Below, piece after piece: positions 48,406 to 60,397 of a stretch of DNA of 64,000 bases (within the stretch, counting starts at the first letter, position 1; each line of letters begins with the position of its first letter). The notes below the pieces were generated by a model. The model was not told the DNA's origin. It did no database searches and worked only from the letters and a program-made list of their open reading frames with translations. A program made the position numbers and the translations under genes. Origin of the DNA: Chloroflexota bacterium (GTDB taxonomy: Bacteria; Chloroflexota; Dehalococcoidia; DSTF01; RBG-16-68-14); contig JADFPV010000001.1 in assembly GCA_022562155.1 (NCBI GenBank), positions 16,508-80,507 on the forward strand. The letters run 5' to 3'.

Positions 48406-49532
48406 TAGTTACTGACGGTGAAGGTGCGGCGGCGCATCAGGATGCTCTGCAGTACGCCAATGCAGATGAAGAGCGTAATCAAGGAGCTGCCTCCCTGGCT
48501 CACGAATGGCAAGGGGATGCCCGTCACTGGCAGCAGCCCTACGTTCACCCCAACGTTGATGAAGGTTTGCAGCAGGATGAAGATCACCATCCCCGTCGCC
48601 AGCAGCCTCCCGAAGAGGTCGCGGGACAGCTCGGCAACGCGCAGCGCCCGCCACAAGAGGATGATGAACAGGGAGAACAGCAGGATCGCCCCGATGAAGC
48701 CTAGCTCCTCTCCGAGGACGCTGAAGACGTAGTCGGTCGTCTCCGTACGTAGATAGTCGAGTTGCGTCTGCCCGCCTTCCGTCAGCCCTTTCCCGAAGAA
48801 GCCGCCTGAGCCGATGCCAATCTGGGCCTGTAACGACTGAAAACCCGCGCCCAAAGGATCACTCTCAGGATCGAGCCACGTCGCGATGCGGTTACGCTGG
48901 TAGTCGGTGACGAGCCCAACGAACGCAAACGGTACCGCGACGAGGCTGACACCCACTAGGCCCACCACGTGACGCAATCTCGCGCCAGCGGCCAGCACCA
49001 TCCCCAGCCAGATCGCCGCGAAGATAACGGCTGAACCAAGGTCAGGCTCGGCGAACACGAGGAGCGTCGGGACGGCAGCCATCGCGAGCGATGTGAGGAA
49101 GACACGTAGGTCCCCTATCTGCTCTCGATGGTCCGAGAGGTACTTCGCCAAGGCGATTATCACGACCAGTTTCGCGATCTCCGATGGCTGGACCTGCGTC
49201 CCGCCGATTTCAATCCAGCGCCGGGAACCATAGGTGGCGTCGCCCGCGACGACAAGGAAGGCTAGCACCGCGATCGCTGCGACGTACATGCCGACGCTGA
49301 GCACGCCCAGCGCTCGATAGTTTGCACGTGCGATGGCGAGGGCGATGACCAACCCTACTGTCGCGAACGCGGCTTGTCGCATCGCCGGATGGGCCAGATC
49401 GCCTATAGCGGGGGTGCCAAACTGGTTGAGGCTGGCGCTGTAAATCAACAACGCGCCGATTCCGACCAGCGCAAGCGCCGCTAGCATGAGCACCGGGTCG
49501 AAATCGCGTAGCCGGATCGTTCGCGTGTTCAA
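48393..49532 (-). CDS. rodA: Rod shape-determining protein RodA (SEDS family)
   Basis: GIPLPFVSQGGSSL; adjacent to mrdA. Confidence 0.9.
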   Translation of the reverse strand: MNTRTIRLRDFDPVLMLAALALVGIGALLIYSASLNQFGTPAIGDLAHPAMRQAAFATVGLVIALAIARANYRALGVLSVGMYVAAIAVLAFLVVAGDATYGSRRWIEIGGTQVQPSEIAKLVVIIALAKYLSDHREQIGDLRVFLTSLAMAAVPTLLVFAEPDLGSAVIFAAIWLGMVLAAGARLRHVVGLVGVSLVAVPFAFVGLVTDYQRNRIATWLDPESDPLGAGFQSLQAQIGIGSGGFFGKGLTEGGQTQLDYLRTETTDYVFSVLGEELGFIGAILLFSLFIILLWRALRVAELSRDLFGRLLATGMVIFILLQTFINVGVNVGLLPVTGIPLPFVSQGGSSLITLFICIGVLQSILMRRRTFTVSNYYDT

Positions 49533-51448
49533 GGCGCGTTCTCGACGAGCCGCTGACGGTCGAAGTAGTAGTCGAAGATCTGCTTGGCGACTGGGCCCGC
49601 GTTGGTTGAGCCGACGCCCTGCTCCAAGAAGACGACGACGGCGATCTCAGGATCGTCGAACGGCGCGTATGCCGTGTACCAGGCGTGGCTGTTTGGGTAG
49701 GTCCCGTCCGCCAGCGGCTGGCCGAATTCAGCCGTACCGGTTTTCCCCGCGATCGTCACGAATCGGCTCGCGCCCGTCCTTGCTGGGCCATAGTCGGCCG
49801 CCTGGCGAAGCGCCTCTTGCATGATGCCCAGGTTGCGCTGCGAGATGTTCAGTGTGTGTGAGACCTCACGGGACATCTGCTGAAGGACGTTGCCTTGTTC
49901 ATCGACAACACGCTCTAGCGTGCGCGGTACCAGCACATCGCCGCCGTTTGCGATCGCGGCGACGGCGACCAACAGTTGCATCGGCGTGACTGTCAGGAAG
50001 CCCTGGCCGATACCGAAGTTGTACGTATCGCCTAGCGTCCAGACGGCACTCTCGCCAAAGGTCGCCTCCTTCCAAGCAGGGTCTGGTACTAGACCGGCCG
50101 CCTCGCCGGGCAGGTCGATGCCCGTGAGGCTACCGAGGCCATACTCGCGGGCATACGCGGACAGCCGCTCGACGCCGAGGCCTTCGAAAAGCTCCTCGCC
50201 GCCTTGGAAGTAGCCACCGGAGAGGTAGTAGAAGTACACGTCAGAGGACATTGCCAGCCCGCGATAGAAGTCCATCGTCCCCAGCGCAGCCCAGTCTCGC
50301 ATCACCCAGGTACGGTTAGGATCGTACTCGTCCTCTACGGTGATCAGCCCGCGGCTTGTGATCGTCGTGTCTGGCGATGCGACTCCCTCTTGCAGCGCAG
50401 CCGTGCCCGTGATCTGCTTGAACGTGCTCCCCGGCGGGTACACCTCCGAAATGGCGTGGTTGACCATCGGCTTGGCCAGGTTCTCGTAGAGGGCAGGAAG
50501 GGCGCTCTGATCGACCGGGTCGGTGAGGAGGTTATTGTCATACGAAGGCAGCGACACCATCGAGAGGATGCCGCCGGTGTTGACGTCCATTACCACGGCA
50601 ACGGCGTTCAGCGAGTTGCCCTTTGCCTCAAGTAGATATCGCTCAACCTGACGTTGGAGGTCCAGGTCGAGCGTCAGCACGAGGTTGCCGGCCGGCCTCG
50701 GATCGTTTCTTCCAATCTGTTTGATTTCCTGGCCAGCGGCGTCGATCTCGACCTGGCGGTAGCCCGGCGAGCCACGTAGCATCGCCTCGTAAACGTACTC
50801 GACGCCAGCCTTGCCGAGACGGTCGTTAATCAGGTAGCCGTCGCCGCGAAGGTCTGCGTACTCTCCTTCGTCAATGCGGCCGACGAAGCCTAGCAGGTGA
50901 GAGATGAGCGACTCGTAGGGGTAGGAACGGATCGATTCAACGAGGACCTGGACCCCCGGCAACTCCGGGACGCGCTCGCGGAGCAGGAAGGCCGTTTCTT
51001 CGTCCAGGTCTGGCTTGATAACCACGGGCGTAAACGGGTCGGCGCTATCCTGGGCCTCCAGGATGCTGAGCGCGATCTCTTCCGGAGGCACGTTTGTGAT
51101 ATCCGCCAAGCCCGCGACTACCGTCAGGAACTGGTCCTCCGGTACGTCCGCTGGGATTACTGCAGCCGAGAAGATCGGCAGGTTCTCGACAAGCTGCTCG
51201 CCGTAACGATCGTAGATTAGCCCTCGTGCTGGAATCTCTGGGATGGTGCGGAGGCGGTTCGACTCTGCGCGGACCTCGTACTCGTCGTGTTGCAGGATCT
51301 GCATGCGCACGAGCTGGATCGAAAGGATGCCGAAAAGCAGGATGATCAGCGCACGCAGAAGCAACGAGCGATGCTGCGCAACCTCCGTTGGGCGTGGCTC
51401 TGTGGCACGTGAACGCCAGCGGCGTTTGCCAGGCGGTGGTAGTTGCAT
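49529..51448 (-). CDS. mrdA: Penicillin-binding protein 2
   Basis: PBP dimerisation + transpeptidase STFK, SxN, KTGT. Confidence 0.9.
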   Translation of the reverse strand: MQLPPPGKRRWRSRATEPRPTEVAQHRSLLLRALIILLFGILSIQLVRMQILQHDEYEVRAESNRLRTIPEIPARGLIYDRYGEQLVENLPIFSAAVIPADVPEDQFLTVVAGLADITNVPPEEIALSILEAQDSADPFTPVVIKPDLDEETAFLLRERVPELPGVQVLVESIRSYPYESLISHLLGFVGRIDEGEYADLRGDGYLINDRLGKAGVEYVYEAMLRGSPGYRQVEIDAAGQEIKQIGRNDPRPAGNLVLTLDLDLQRQVERYLLEAKGNSLNAVAVVMDVNTGGILSMVSLPSYDNNLLTDPVDQSALPALYENLAKPMVNHAISEVYPPGSTFKQITGTAALQEGVASPDTTITSRGLITVEDEYDPNRTWVMRDWAALGTMDFYRGLAMSSDVYFYYLSGGYFQGGEELFEGLGVERLSAYAREYGLGSLTGIDLPGEAAGLVPDPAWKEATFGESAVWTLGDTYNFGIGQGFLTVTPMQLLVAVAAIANGGDVLVPRTLERVVDEQGNVLQQMSREVSHTLNISQRNLGIMQEALRQAADYGPARTGASRFVTIAGKTGTAEFGQPLADGTYPNSHAWYTAYAPFDDPEIAVVVFLEQGVGSTNAGPVAKQIFDYYFDRQRLVENAP

Positions 51449-51487
51449 GTCCTTACGCGATGAAACGCGTCCCTGCGTGGGACTGGG

Positions 51488-51988
51488 TTAGCGGAGCGCC
51501 GGGCGCTCCCTGAGATCCAGGCTGGCGATACGGATCAGCCCGTACACAGGAATAAGTAGCAATGCGTTCGCAATAGCTGCTGGCACCAGGACGCTCGTGA
51601 CACTGGCGAGCCACGCGATCGGCTCGCCCCTCATCGACAAGCTTACCATGATCGTGCTTTCGTAGACTACGGTTGCGGCCACCGTGAGCACAATTGCCGG
51701 CAAGAGATCAGAGTCCACTAGACGTAACTCACGGATATCGGTCATTAGGGTAAGTGGCGCCAGCGCCAACATCGCCAGACCCAAGGGCTGGCTGTCGAGC
51801 AGCCCGTGGACGAACCCCGCGATCGGAATCAACACGAGGGCTTCTCTTCGGCCGCGTGCTGCCATCCAGCCGACGAGGAGCACGATCACGAAGTTCGGTT
51901 GTACGCCGAACACGTTGAACGCCGGCATGATCGCGATTTGCGCGATCACGGCCACAAGCACGACCAGCAGTCCGATGGCGTAGTTCAC
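51488..51988 (-). CDS. mreD: Rod shape-determining protein MreD
   Basis: Small polytopic protein following mreC. Confidence 0.65.
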   Translation of the reverse strand: MNYAIGLLVVLVAVIAQIAIMPAFNVFGVQPNFVIVLLVGWMAARGRREALVLIPIAGFVHGLLDSQPLGLAMLALAPLTLMTDIRELRLVDSDLLPAIVLTVAATVVYESTIMVSLSMRGEPIAWLASVTSVLVPAAIANALLLIPVYGLIRIASLDLRERPALR

Positions 51989-52809
51989 GGAGACCCCGTA
52001 TCCAGTGGAACGAAGCTGCTAAGCACCAGGACAGTCTCCAAGCGCGAGAGGTCTGCCAGCGGCTCTACGCGGACCTCCTGGAACAGCTGTTGCGGAGTGC
52101 GCTGGATGTCGACCACCTCGCCGATCACCTCGTTGGGCGGGTGCTGTCCGCTGAGGCCTGACGTGAGGACCAGGTCACCAGCCTTGATGTCCGCCGTCTC
52201 CCGCACCAAGTCCATCGTTAACGTCCCGTCGGGAGAGCCTACCACGACTCCCTGGGCGCGTGACTCTTGAATCAGAGCGCCTATGGCGCTCGTTTGGTCA
52301 GTCACCAGCGTGACCCACGCCGCGTGTTCAAGCACGCGGGAGATTGTGCCAACGACGCTTCCTTGCTGGGTCAGCACGAGCATCTCTTGGCGTATCCCGT
52401 GCGCGCTCCCCCTGTCGATGGCGATCAATTGCTGCGAGTTGCTTGGCTCAACGGCGAACACATCGGCCCGGATGAACGTTTCGCCCTCGGCGACGCCACG
52501 AAGATTCATGAAACCCTGAAGCTGTTGCAATTCCTGCTCGGCCTCGGAGAGTCGCGCGTTTTCGGCGATGAGGCGTTCATTTTCGTCCCTGAGCGCCTGG
52601 TTCTCGTTCGAGAGCAGGTTAATGTCAGTGATGTTGTTGATGAACTCCGCGACGGGCCTCGTCGCGTTCCTTAGCCCTGACTCGATTGGCGCGGCGACCG
52701 TGAGCGCTCCGTCTTCCAGCGGTCCGAAGAGAGCGACGCGGCTAGCAGCAAGGAAGAGAAGACTGGCCAAGACGACGAAGCCAAACCACGTACGGGTACG
52801 GACTCGCAT
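51985..52809 (-). CDS. mreC: Rod shape-determining protein MreC
   Basis: N-terminal TM, coiled coil, beta-rich C-terminus. Confidence 0.85.
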   Translation of the reverse strand: MRVRTRTWFGFVVLASLLFLAASRVALFGPLEDGALTVAAPIESGLRNATRPVAEFINNITDINLLSNENQALRDENERLIAENARLSEAEQELQQLQGFMNLRGVAEGETFIRADVFAVEPSNSQQLIAIDRGSAHGIRQEMLVLTQQGSVVGTISRVLEHAAWVTLVTDQTSAIGALIQESRAQGVVVGSPDGTLTMDLVRETADIKAGDLVLTSGLSGQHPPNEVIGEVVDIQRTPQQLFQEVRVEPLADLSRLETVLVLSSFVPLDTGSP

Positions 52810-52876
52810 GGTGTTCCTCTCTAGGGAATGCGCCCGCGTGGCGGTAGATCGCTGTACGCGACAGGTTCAGCGCCTG

Positions 52877-53938
52877 TCACCGGGGCGGCTTGCGGCTCGC
52901 CAGGCTGGCCTGCACCTTTTCCAGCATCGCCGTCTCTTCAAGCATCTCGCCGGTACCATGCACGACGCTGGAAAGCGGCTCCTCCGCGACGTAGACCGGG
53001 AACTTCGTTTCCTGAGCAAGCCGCCGGTCCAAGCCTCGCAGCAGAGCGCCGCCACCAGCCAGCACGATGCCACGGTACATGAGGTCCGCTACCAACTCTG
53101 GCGGCGTGATCTCGATCGTCGAGCGCACTGCTTCCACGATCGCGCCGATCGACCCGGAGAGCGCGTCTCGCAACTCGACGGTGCTGACTTCGACGGACTT
53201 GGGCAGCCCCGTCGCCAGGTCGCGCCCGCGGATATCAATCGTCTCTTCCTCCTCGAGAGGGAACGCAGAGCCAGCCTGGATCTTGATCTCCTCCGCCATC
53301 CGTTCACCGATCAGCATGTTGTGTACCTGGCGGGAGTACGCGATGATCTCCTGGTCCATCTCGTCGCCCGCGATGCGGATCGATGTGCTGACAACGACGC
53401 CGCCCAGCGCGATTACGGCCACCTCGGTCGTGCCCCCACCAATGTCGACGATCATGCAGCCGTGGGGCTCCATGACGGGCAGGCCGCTGCCGATAGCGGC
53501 CGCCATTGGCTCCTCGACCAGGAATACGGCGCGCGCGCCGGCGTTCAGCGCCGCGTCATAGACAGCTCGCTTTTCGACCTCGGTCACGCCGCTGGGGATG
53601 CCGAGGACGACGCGTGGCCGTGGGATGGCCATGCCGAAGCGGTCGTGCACCGACCGGATGAAGTAGTGAAGCATGCGCTCCGTCACTTCGAAGTCGGAAA
53701 TCACGCCGTCCTTCAGCGGCCTGACGGCGACGATGTTGGAGGGCGTCCGCCCCACCATACGCTTCGCCTCAGAGCCGATCGCCAAAATCTTTTTCGAGAT
53801 CTTGTCGATGGCGACGACCGATGGCTCGTCGATAACGATGCCACGACCGCGGACCATGACGAGCGTGTTCGCCGTCCCGAGGTCGATGCCGATATCGTGG
53901 GAGAAGATACCGAGGAGAGCGTTGAGCGGATTAATCAC
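52877..53938 (-). CDS. mreB: Rod shape-determining protein MreB
   Basis: IGIDLGTANTLV; actin fold. Confidence 0.95.
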   Translation of the reverse strand: MINPLNALLGIFSHDIGIDLGTANTLVMVRGRGIVIDEPSVVAIDKISKKILAIGSEAKRMVGRTPSNIVAVRPLKDGVISDFEVTERMLHYFIRSVHDRFGMAIPRPRVVLGIPSGVTEVEKRAVYDAALNAGARAVFLVEEPMAAAIGSGLPVMEPHGCMIVDIGGGTTEVAVIALGGVVVSTSIRIAGDEMDQEIIAYSRQVHNMLIGERMAEEIKIQAGSAFPLEEEETIDIRGRDLATGLPKSVEVSTVELRDALSGSIGAIVEAVRSTIEITPPELVADLMYRGIVLAGGGALLRGLDRRLAQETKFPVYVAEEPLSSVVHGTGEMLEETAMLEKVQASLASRKPPR

Positions 53939-54094
53939 TGCGCGTCCCTACGCTGAATGTAAGAGAAGAAGAAAACCACCAGGCCCGGCGGGTGCTCAGC
54001 GATTATACCGGAGAGGCGGACGGCTGTGAAGGGGTTCGCCGCATTTTGGCTTAGAAAATTCATGTGGCCCTAATCGAAGCGTCGGGACCTAGAC

Positions 54095-56167
<2,073 letters not shown>

Positions 56168-56653
56168 CTAGCGAGTGTCTTCCCGCCAAATGCTGCGCAC
56201 AGGCCGAGTGTCCGGCTGGCCGACGTTCTCCCAGTAGGCCATCATTGCTTCCTCGATGTCGTACTCAAAGAGCAGTTCTTCCGGCTTGAGGTTGAGCAGC
56301 GCACCGTCTGGCTGCCGGCCGGCCTCCGGTCCTTCGGCCAGTACCATCGCCTTCGTTTCCGCGTCGTCGATAAAGCGGGCGCGGCCTCGCACTTGGAACT
56401 CGGCGTCGTTCTCGCCGGGCAGCATATGCAGGACGTAGCGGCCGTCGCGCTTCAGGTCGTGGCGCTTCGGCGACTCTGGGTCCGTCGCGATGAAGAGCCG
56501 TCCGCGGACGACGAACGGGCATACCGGATGGAGGCGCGGCGAACCGTCCTTGCGCACGGTCGCAAGGAACGCCATGCCGAAGTTAGCTCGAAGCTCTGAG
56601 CCTAGTTCGGCCATCTCCGGAGCGGCCTCCGCGAACTCAGCCCAGGTTGCCAA
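56168..56653 (-). CDS. Pyridoxamine 5'-phosphate oxidase family (possibly F420-dependent) protein
   Basis: PNPOx-like split barrel pattern. Confidence 0.55.
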   Translation of the reverse strand: MATWAEFAEAAPEMAELGSELRANFGMAFLATVRKDGSPRLHPVCPFVVRGRLFIATDPESPKRHDLKRDGRYVLHMLPGENDAEFQVRGRARFIDDAETKAMVLAEGPEAGRQPDGALLNLKPEELLFEYDIEEAMMAYWENVGQPDTRPVRSIWREDTR

Positions 56654-56656
56654 CGC

Positions 56657-57022
56657 TTAAGAGCCTGGCGGCGTGAACTCGATGAGCTGGCCGTAGTTGC
56701 CGTCGGGGTCGACGAACGTCGAGATGACGCCTCCCCACTCCTCCTTGCCGGCCGTGCGGATAAATTCGACGCCAGCGCTTTCTAGGCGCGACTGCTCGGC
56801 GTTCAGGTCGTCGACGAAGAAGTTGATCAGCACGCGCGGCGGGTCGCTGTTCGTTCCCGAGACCTCGCTGTGGCCGTCGATGAGGAACGTCGTGCCTCCT
56901 GCGTTGAACGCGTTCGGGCCGATAGCAGGGTTGCCCTCCAGGCCGATGACGTCCCGATAGAACGCACCGAGTTTGTCCGGGTTTCCGCTGTTGAGATTGA
57001 CGATGCACTGGTTGACCTTCAT
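56657..57022 (-). CDS. VOC (glyoxalase/bleomycin-resistance) family protein
   Basis: Two beta-alpha-beta-beta-beta modules; 121 aa. Confidence 0.7.
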   Translation of the reverse strand: MKVNQCIVNLNSGNPDKLGAFYRDVIGLEGNPAIGPNAFNAGGTTFLIDGHSEVSGTNSDPPRVLINFFVDDLNAEQSRLESAGVEFIRTAGKEEWGGVISTFVDPDGNYGQLIEFTPPGS

Positions 57023-57197
57023 CTGTTGGTCTCCTTTCTGAAGGTGATGTAATTTGCCGTGCGCGACCCACTCTACAGGTACGTCGTGACAGCGGGATGT
57101 CAGTAGGGTGGTCGTTTTTCGAGCGGCAGGTTGTGCGAGGCTCTGCAGCGCTCGTGGCTGCCTATTGGTTGGCGCGGGCAGTTCGAAGCATTGCTAA

Positions 57198-57262
57198 CGG
57201 ACGCCTTAGCGTCCGCGGATGCCGTCAGGCATCCGAACGGGATGCTTTCAGGCATCCCCGTA
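57198..57262. repeat. Three tandem GC hairpins (gacgcCTTAgcgtc; gatgccGTCAggcatc; ggatgcTTTCAGgcatcc)
   Basis: Read directly. Overlaps the 3' end of the WYL regulator gene, upstream of the VOC-PPOX-ligA genes. Confidence 0.6.
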
Positions 57263-58177
57263 TGCCTCGGCCAACGCACGTGCTTCGTCCCGTACGCGTT
57301 CGACCACGAGTTCAGGCGAGAGCACTCGGGCTGATGCACCCCAGCTTAAGAGCCAGGGCAAAAGTCGCCGCAGGTCGCGCGACTCGTACACGAACACGGA
57401 CCCGCCTTCGCTCTGCTCCTCGCCCCGCAAGCCGTAGGCGGGCGCCTCCCGCGCCCACGGAACACTCGATGCCTCTATCCAGACACGAACTTCTTGGTAT
57501 TCTCCTTCGTGATAGGTCGACTTGAGATCGACGTCAGCAAGTCGTTCGAAGCGCTCGTCCAGCAACTCCGCCTCGCGGATGCGTCCTGCCCGAAAGTCGC
57601 GCATCTCCTGCCGCAGGCGGCAGTAGGCGACCAGGTGCCAGTCGTTGCCGTAGTGGACGAGGTAGTACGGCTCCACCTGCCGTTCGGTTAGCTCGTCAGA
57701 CCCAAACGAGTGATAGCGTAACTCCAGCACACGGTCGTGGATCACCGCCTGCTGGAGGATCGGTAGCCATGGCGTCGTTTCTTGCTGCGTCCACCGGGAC
57801 ACGCGGATGCGCTCACGAAGGCGGTCGACCTCCTCGCGTGTCTCCGGCCGCAGCGCTGCTTCGACCTTCGTGGCGGCTGACTTCGTAGCCTCGCGTTGGC
57901 CTGCCGTGCCCAATCCGAGCGCGAGGTCGCTCCCGAGGAGGAGCTGGACAGCCTCCTCCGCCGTGAACGCGATCGGAGGCAGGTGATAGCCCTCCACTAG
58001 GCGGTAGCCCTCGCCGGGCATCGCCGCGACGGGCACGCCCGCATCACAAAGCGCGTCGATGTCGCGGTAGATCGTGCGCACCGAACACTCGCAGACCTCA
58101 GCGAGGTCAGCGGCTCGCACGGGACGCTCTTCCCGCAGTCGCATGAGGATCAACAGGCGACGGTCCATCTGCTTCAT
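57248..58177 (-). CDS. HTH-WYL-WCX transcriptional regulator (PafBC/YafY-like)
   Basis: N-terminal wHTH VRTIYRDIDAL; central WYL domain; C-terminal WCX. Confidence 0.8.
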   Translation of the reverse strand: MKQMDRRLLILMRLREERPVRAADLAEVCECSVRTIYRDIDALCDAGVPVAAMPGEGYRLVEGYHLPPIAFTAEEAVQLLLGSDLALGLGTAGQREATKSAATKVEAALRPETREEVDRLRERIRVSRWTQQETTPWLPILQQAVIHDRVLELRYHSFGSDELTERQVEPYYLVHYGNDWHLVAYCRLRQEMRDFRAGRIREAELLDERFERLADVDLKSTYHEGEYQEVRVWIEASSVPWAREAPAYGLRGEEQSEGGSVFVYESRDLRRLLPWLLSWGASARVLSPELVVERVRDEARALAEAYGDA

Positions 58178-58222
58178 GGGCGTTCATTATACGGCGAAGC
58201 ACCATGCTAGAATTCAGGTGAA

Positions 58223-58849
58223 ATGGCCAGAAAACGCGTCATCATCCTAGATTACGGCGCCGGGAACCTGAGGAGCGTTGCCCGTGCGGTCGAGCACCTT
58301 GGATTCACGCCCGACGTGTCCGACGATCCACGCGCTCTGGATGACGCCGACGCCGTGATCATGCCCGGCGTCGGTGCTGCTGCCGATACGATGCGCAATC
58401 TGGACGAACGCCACTTCAGCGATCCGCTCCGTGAATACATCAAGTCTGGCCGGCCGTTCTTAGGCGTGTGTATGGGCCTCCAGGCACTCCTGACTGTGAG
58501 CGAAGAGGGCGGCGAGCACAGATGCTTGGACGTGGTTGAAGGGCGGGTCCGCCGATTCGAGCGCAAAGGCGACATGAAGATCCCCCACATGGGCTGGAAC
58601 GCCGTCGAGCAGGTGCGGGAGCACCCCGTATTCGCTGGGATTCCAGATGGCAGCTTCTTCTACTTTGTGCATGGCTACTACCCAGACCCTGAGGACGAAT
58701 CGATCGTGATTGGGCGTACTGACTACGGTGGGCCGTTCGCGTCCGTCATTGCCTGTGACAACCTGATCGCGACGCAGTTTCACCCAGAGAAGAGCGGCAA
58801 GGTGGGCTTGCAGCTGTATCAGAACTTCCTAGAGGACGCGGTTTCATGA
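58223..58849 (+). CDS. hisH: Imidazole glycerol phosphate synthase glutaminase subunit
   Basis: GVCMG catalytic Cys, HxE. Confidence 0.9.
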   Translation: MARKRVIILDYGAGNLRSVARAVEHLGFTPDVSDDPRALDDADAVIMPGVGAAADTMRNLDERHFSDPLREYIKSGRPFLGVCMGLQALLTVSEEGGEHRCLDVVEGRVRRFERKGDMKIPHMGWNAVEQVREHPVFAGIPDGSFFYFVHGYYPDPEDESIVIGRTDYGGPFASVIACDNLIATQFHPEKSGKVGLQLYQNFLEDAVS

Positions 58850-59247
58850 GCCGCGATAACGACGGCGTCGAGATCGATTTCCCGTTCTTCCGTTTCTACG
58901 CGGGCAGCCGGGGCGTCCACATTGGTTCTTCCGATGACGAGGGGGTGATTGACATGGAGATGGATGATGCGGCCGAGTATCGGCAAGTCCGACGAATTGT
59001 CCGGCGGAGGTTGCGCTTCGTGCGACATCTGTTTGTCTACCTGGCTCTCAACGCGTTCTTCGTCCTGATCGACTGGCAGACCGGCGGCTCGGGTAGAGGC
59101 ATCTCCTGGTCGATCTGGGTCGCCGCCATCTGGGGCGTCTTCCTAGCCTGGGAGTTCGTCTCCAACTTCGTCGCTCCTTACCTCTGGGGTCGCAATATAG
59201 AGGAGCGGCTGATCCAACGAGAGCTGCGCCGCAGACGCGAAGGCTGA
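58846..59247 (+). CDS. 2TM-domain small membrane protein
   Basis: Arg-rich segment followed by two TM helices. Confidence 0.45.
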   Translation: MSRDNDGVEIDFPFFRFYAGSRGVHIGSSDDEGVIDMEMDDAAEYRQVRRIVRRRLRFVRHLFVYLALNAFFVLIDWQTGGSGRGISWSIWVAAIWGVFLAWEFVSNFVAPYLWGRNIEERLIQRELRRRREG

Positions 59248-59251
59248 TCAC

Positions 59252-59974
59252 GTGGAAGTCATCCCTGCAATCGACCTGCGTGGCGGCCGTTGCGTTCGTC
59301 TGACGCAGGGTGACTACGACCGCGAAACCGTCTTTTCCGACGACCCTGTTGAGATGGCCCGGCGCTGGGAGGCGCAGGGCGCGACGCGCATCCACGTCGT
59401 CGACCTCAATGGCGCGCGCAAAGGCCAATCGATCAACGGTGAGGTTGTTCGGAAGATCATCGAGGCTGTCGAGCCCCCCGTGCAAGTCGCGGGCGGTGTG
59501 CGCACGCTCGATGCAGTTCAGACGTGGCTCGATCTCGGAGCCGACCGCGTCATCTTAGGCACCGCGGCTGTCCGCGATCCGGAACTCGCGGCCGAGGCGG
59601 CACGCCGGCACGGAGAGCGCATCGTCGTGTCCATCGATGCGCGCGGCGGTGTCGTTGCGGTTGAAGGCTGGCGGGAGGAAACGAAGCTCGATGCCGAATC
59701 GTTCCTCCAGACGCTGTCGGCGTTGGGTGTGCCACGCTTCGTGTACACCGACATCAACCGCGATGCGATGCTCGATTCGCCGAACTACGAGATGGTCGAA
59801 AAGATGGTCGGCGCCACGGAGCGTCCCATAATCGCCGCCGGCGGCGTTGCGGATGTAGAGAACCTCGTGCGCCTCGCCGAACTAGGCGTGGAAGGCGCTA
59901 TCGTCGGCCTCGCGCTGTACGACGGCCGCGTCCAGCTCCCCGAAGCGCTGAGGCGACTGGAACTGCTACCCTAG
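59252..59974 (+). CDS. hisA: ProFAR isomerase HisA
   Basis: VIPAIDL...G; TIM barrel phosphate-binding motifs. Confidence 0.9.
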   Translation: MEVIPAIDLRGGRCVRLTQGDYDRETVFSDDPVEMARRWEAQGATRIHVVDLNGARKGQSINGEVVRKIIEAVEPPVQVAGGVRTLDAVQTWLDLGADRVILGTAAVRDPELAAEAARRHGERIVVSIDARGGVVAVEGWREETKLDAESFLQTLSALGVPRFVYTDINRDAMLDSPNYEMVEKMVGATERPIIAAGGVADVENLVRLAELGVEGAIVGLALYDGRVQLPEALRRLELLP

Positions 59975-60005
59975 CTTAGGTAGAATTTGCAGGGTCGGCG
60001 GTTAG

Positions 60006-60395
60006 ATGGCTATGAAGCAAGTCGTGACATGGAGAACAGGCGCACTGATAGCGCTCCTGGCGCATGCGCTGTTGCTCATGTCCGCAGCGTTCACTATCGC
60101 GATACTGGCTGCCGTTGGGAAGGAGATCGACGTTCGGGTCGAGATCGATGAGCAGATTGTCGCCCTCCTGGTATTCGCAGCGGTCATTCCCTACGTTCCC
60201 ATCTTCGTGTTGTACGTGCCCACTGTAGCTTCCAGGCTGCGAGTCACTGGGTTCGGCTTCAAGCTAGGCCCGTTCGAGGTCAAGGGCGAGCTGAGTGATG
60301 AGTATGATGAGACGGCAAGACATTTGAGGGCTGCCGAGTCCGAAGTTGATATAATGATTGAGGGAGTTCGGCATCAGATTGGTGAGGATCTCTAA
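60006..60395 (+). CDS. Small 3-TM membrane protein with acidic C-terminal tail (inserted in his operon)
   Basis: Low-GC ORF; three hydrophobic helices. Confidence 0.45.
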   Translation: MAMKQVVTWRTGALIALLAHALLLMSAAFTIAILAAVGKEIDVRVEIDEQIVALLVFAAVIPYVPIFVLYVPTVASRLRVTGFGFKLGPFEVKGELSDEYDETARHLRAAESEVDIMIEGVRHQIGEDL

Positions 60396-60397
60396 CC

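Noticed and set aside
52568-53956. 462-aa plus-strand ORF
   Set aside because: Antisense to mreB/mreC, which have unmistakable motifs. Compositionally Arg/Ala rich; spurious.
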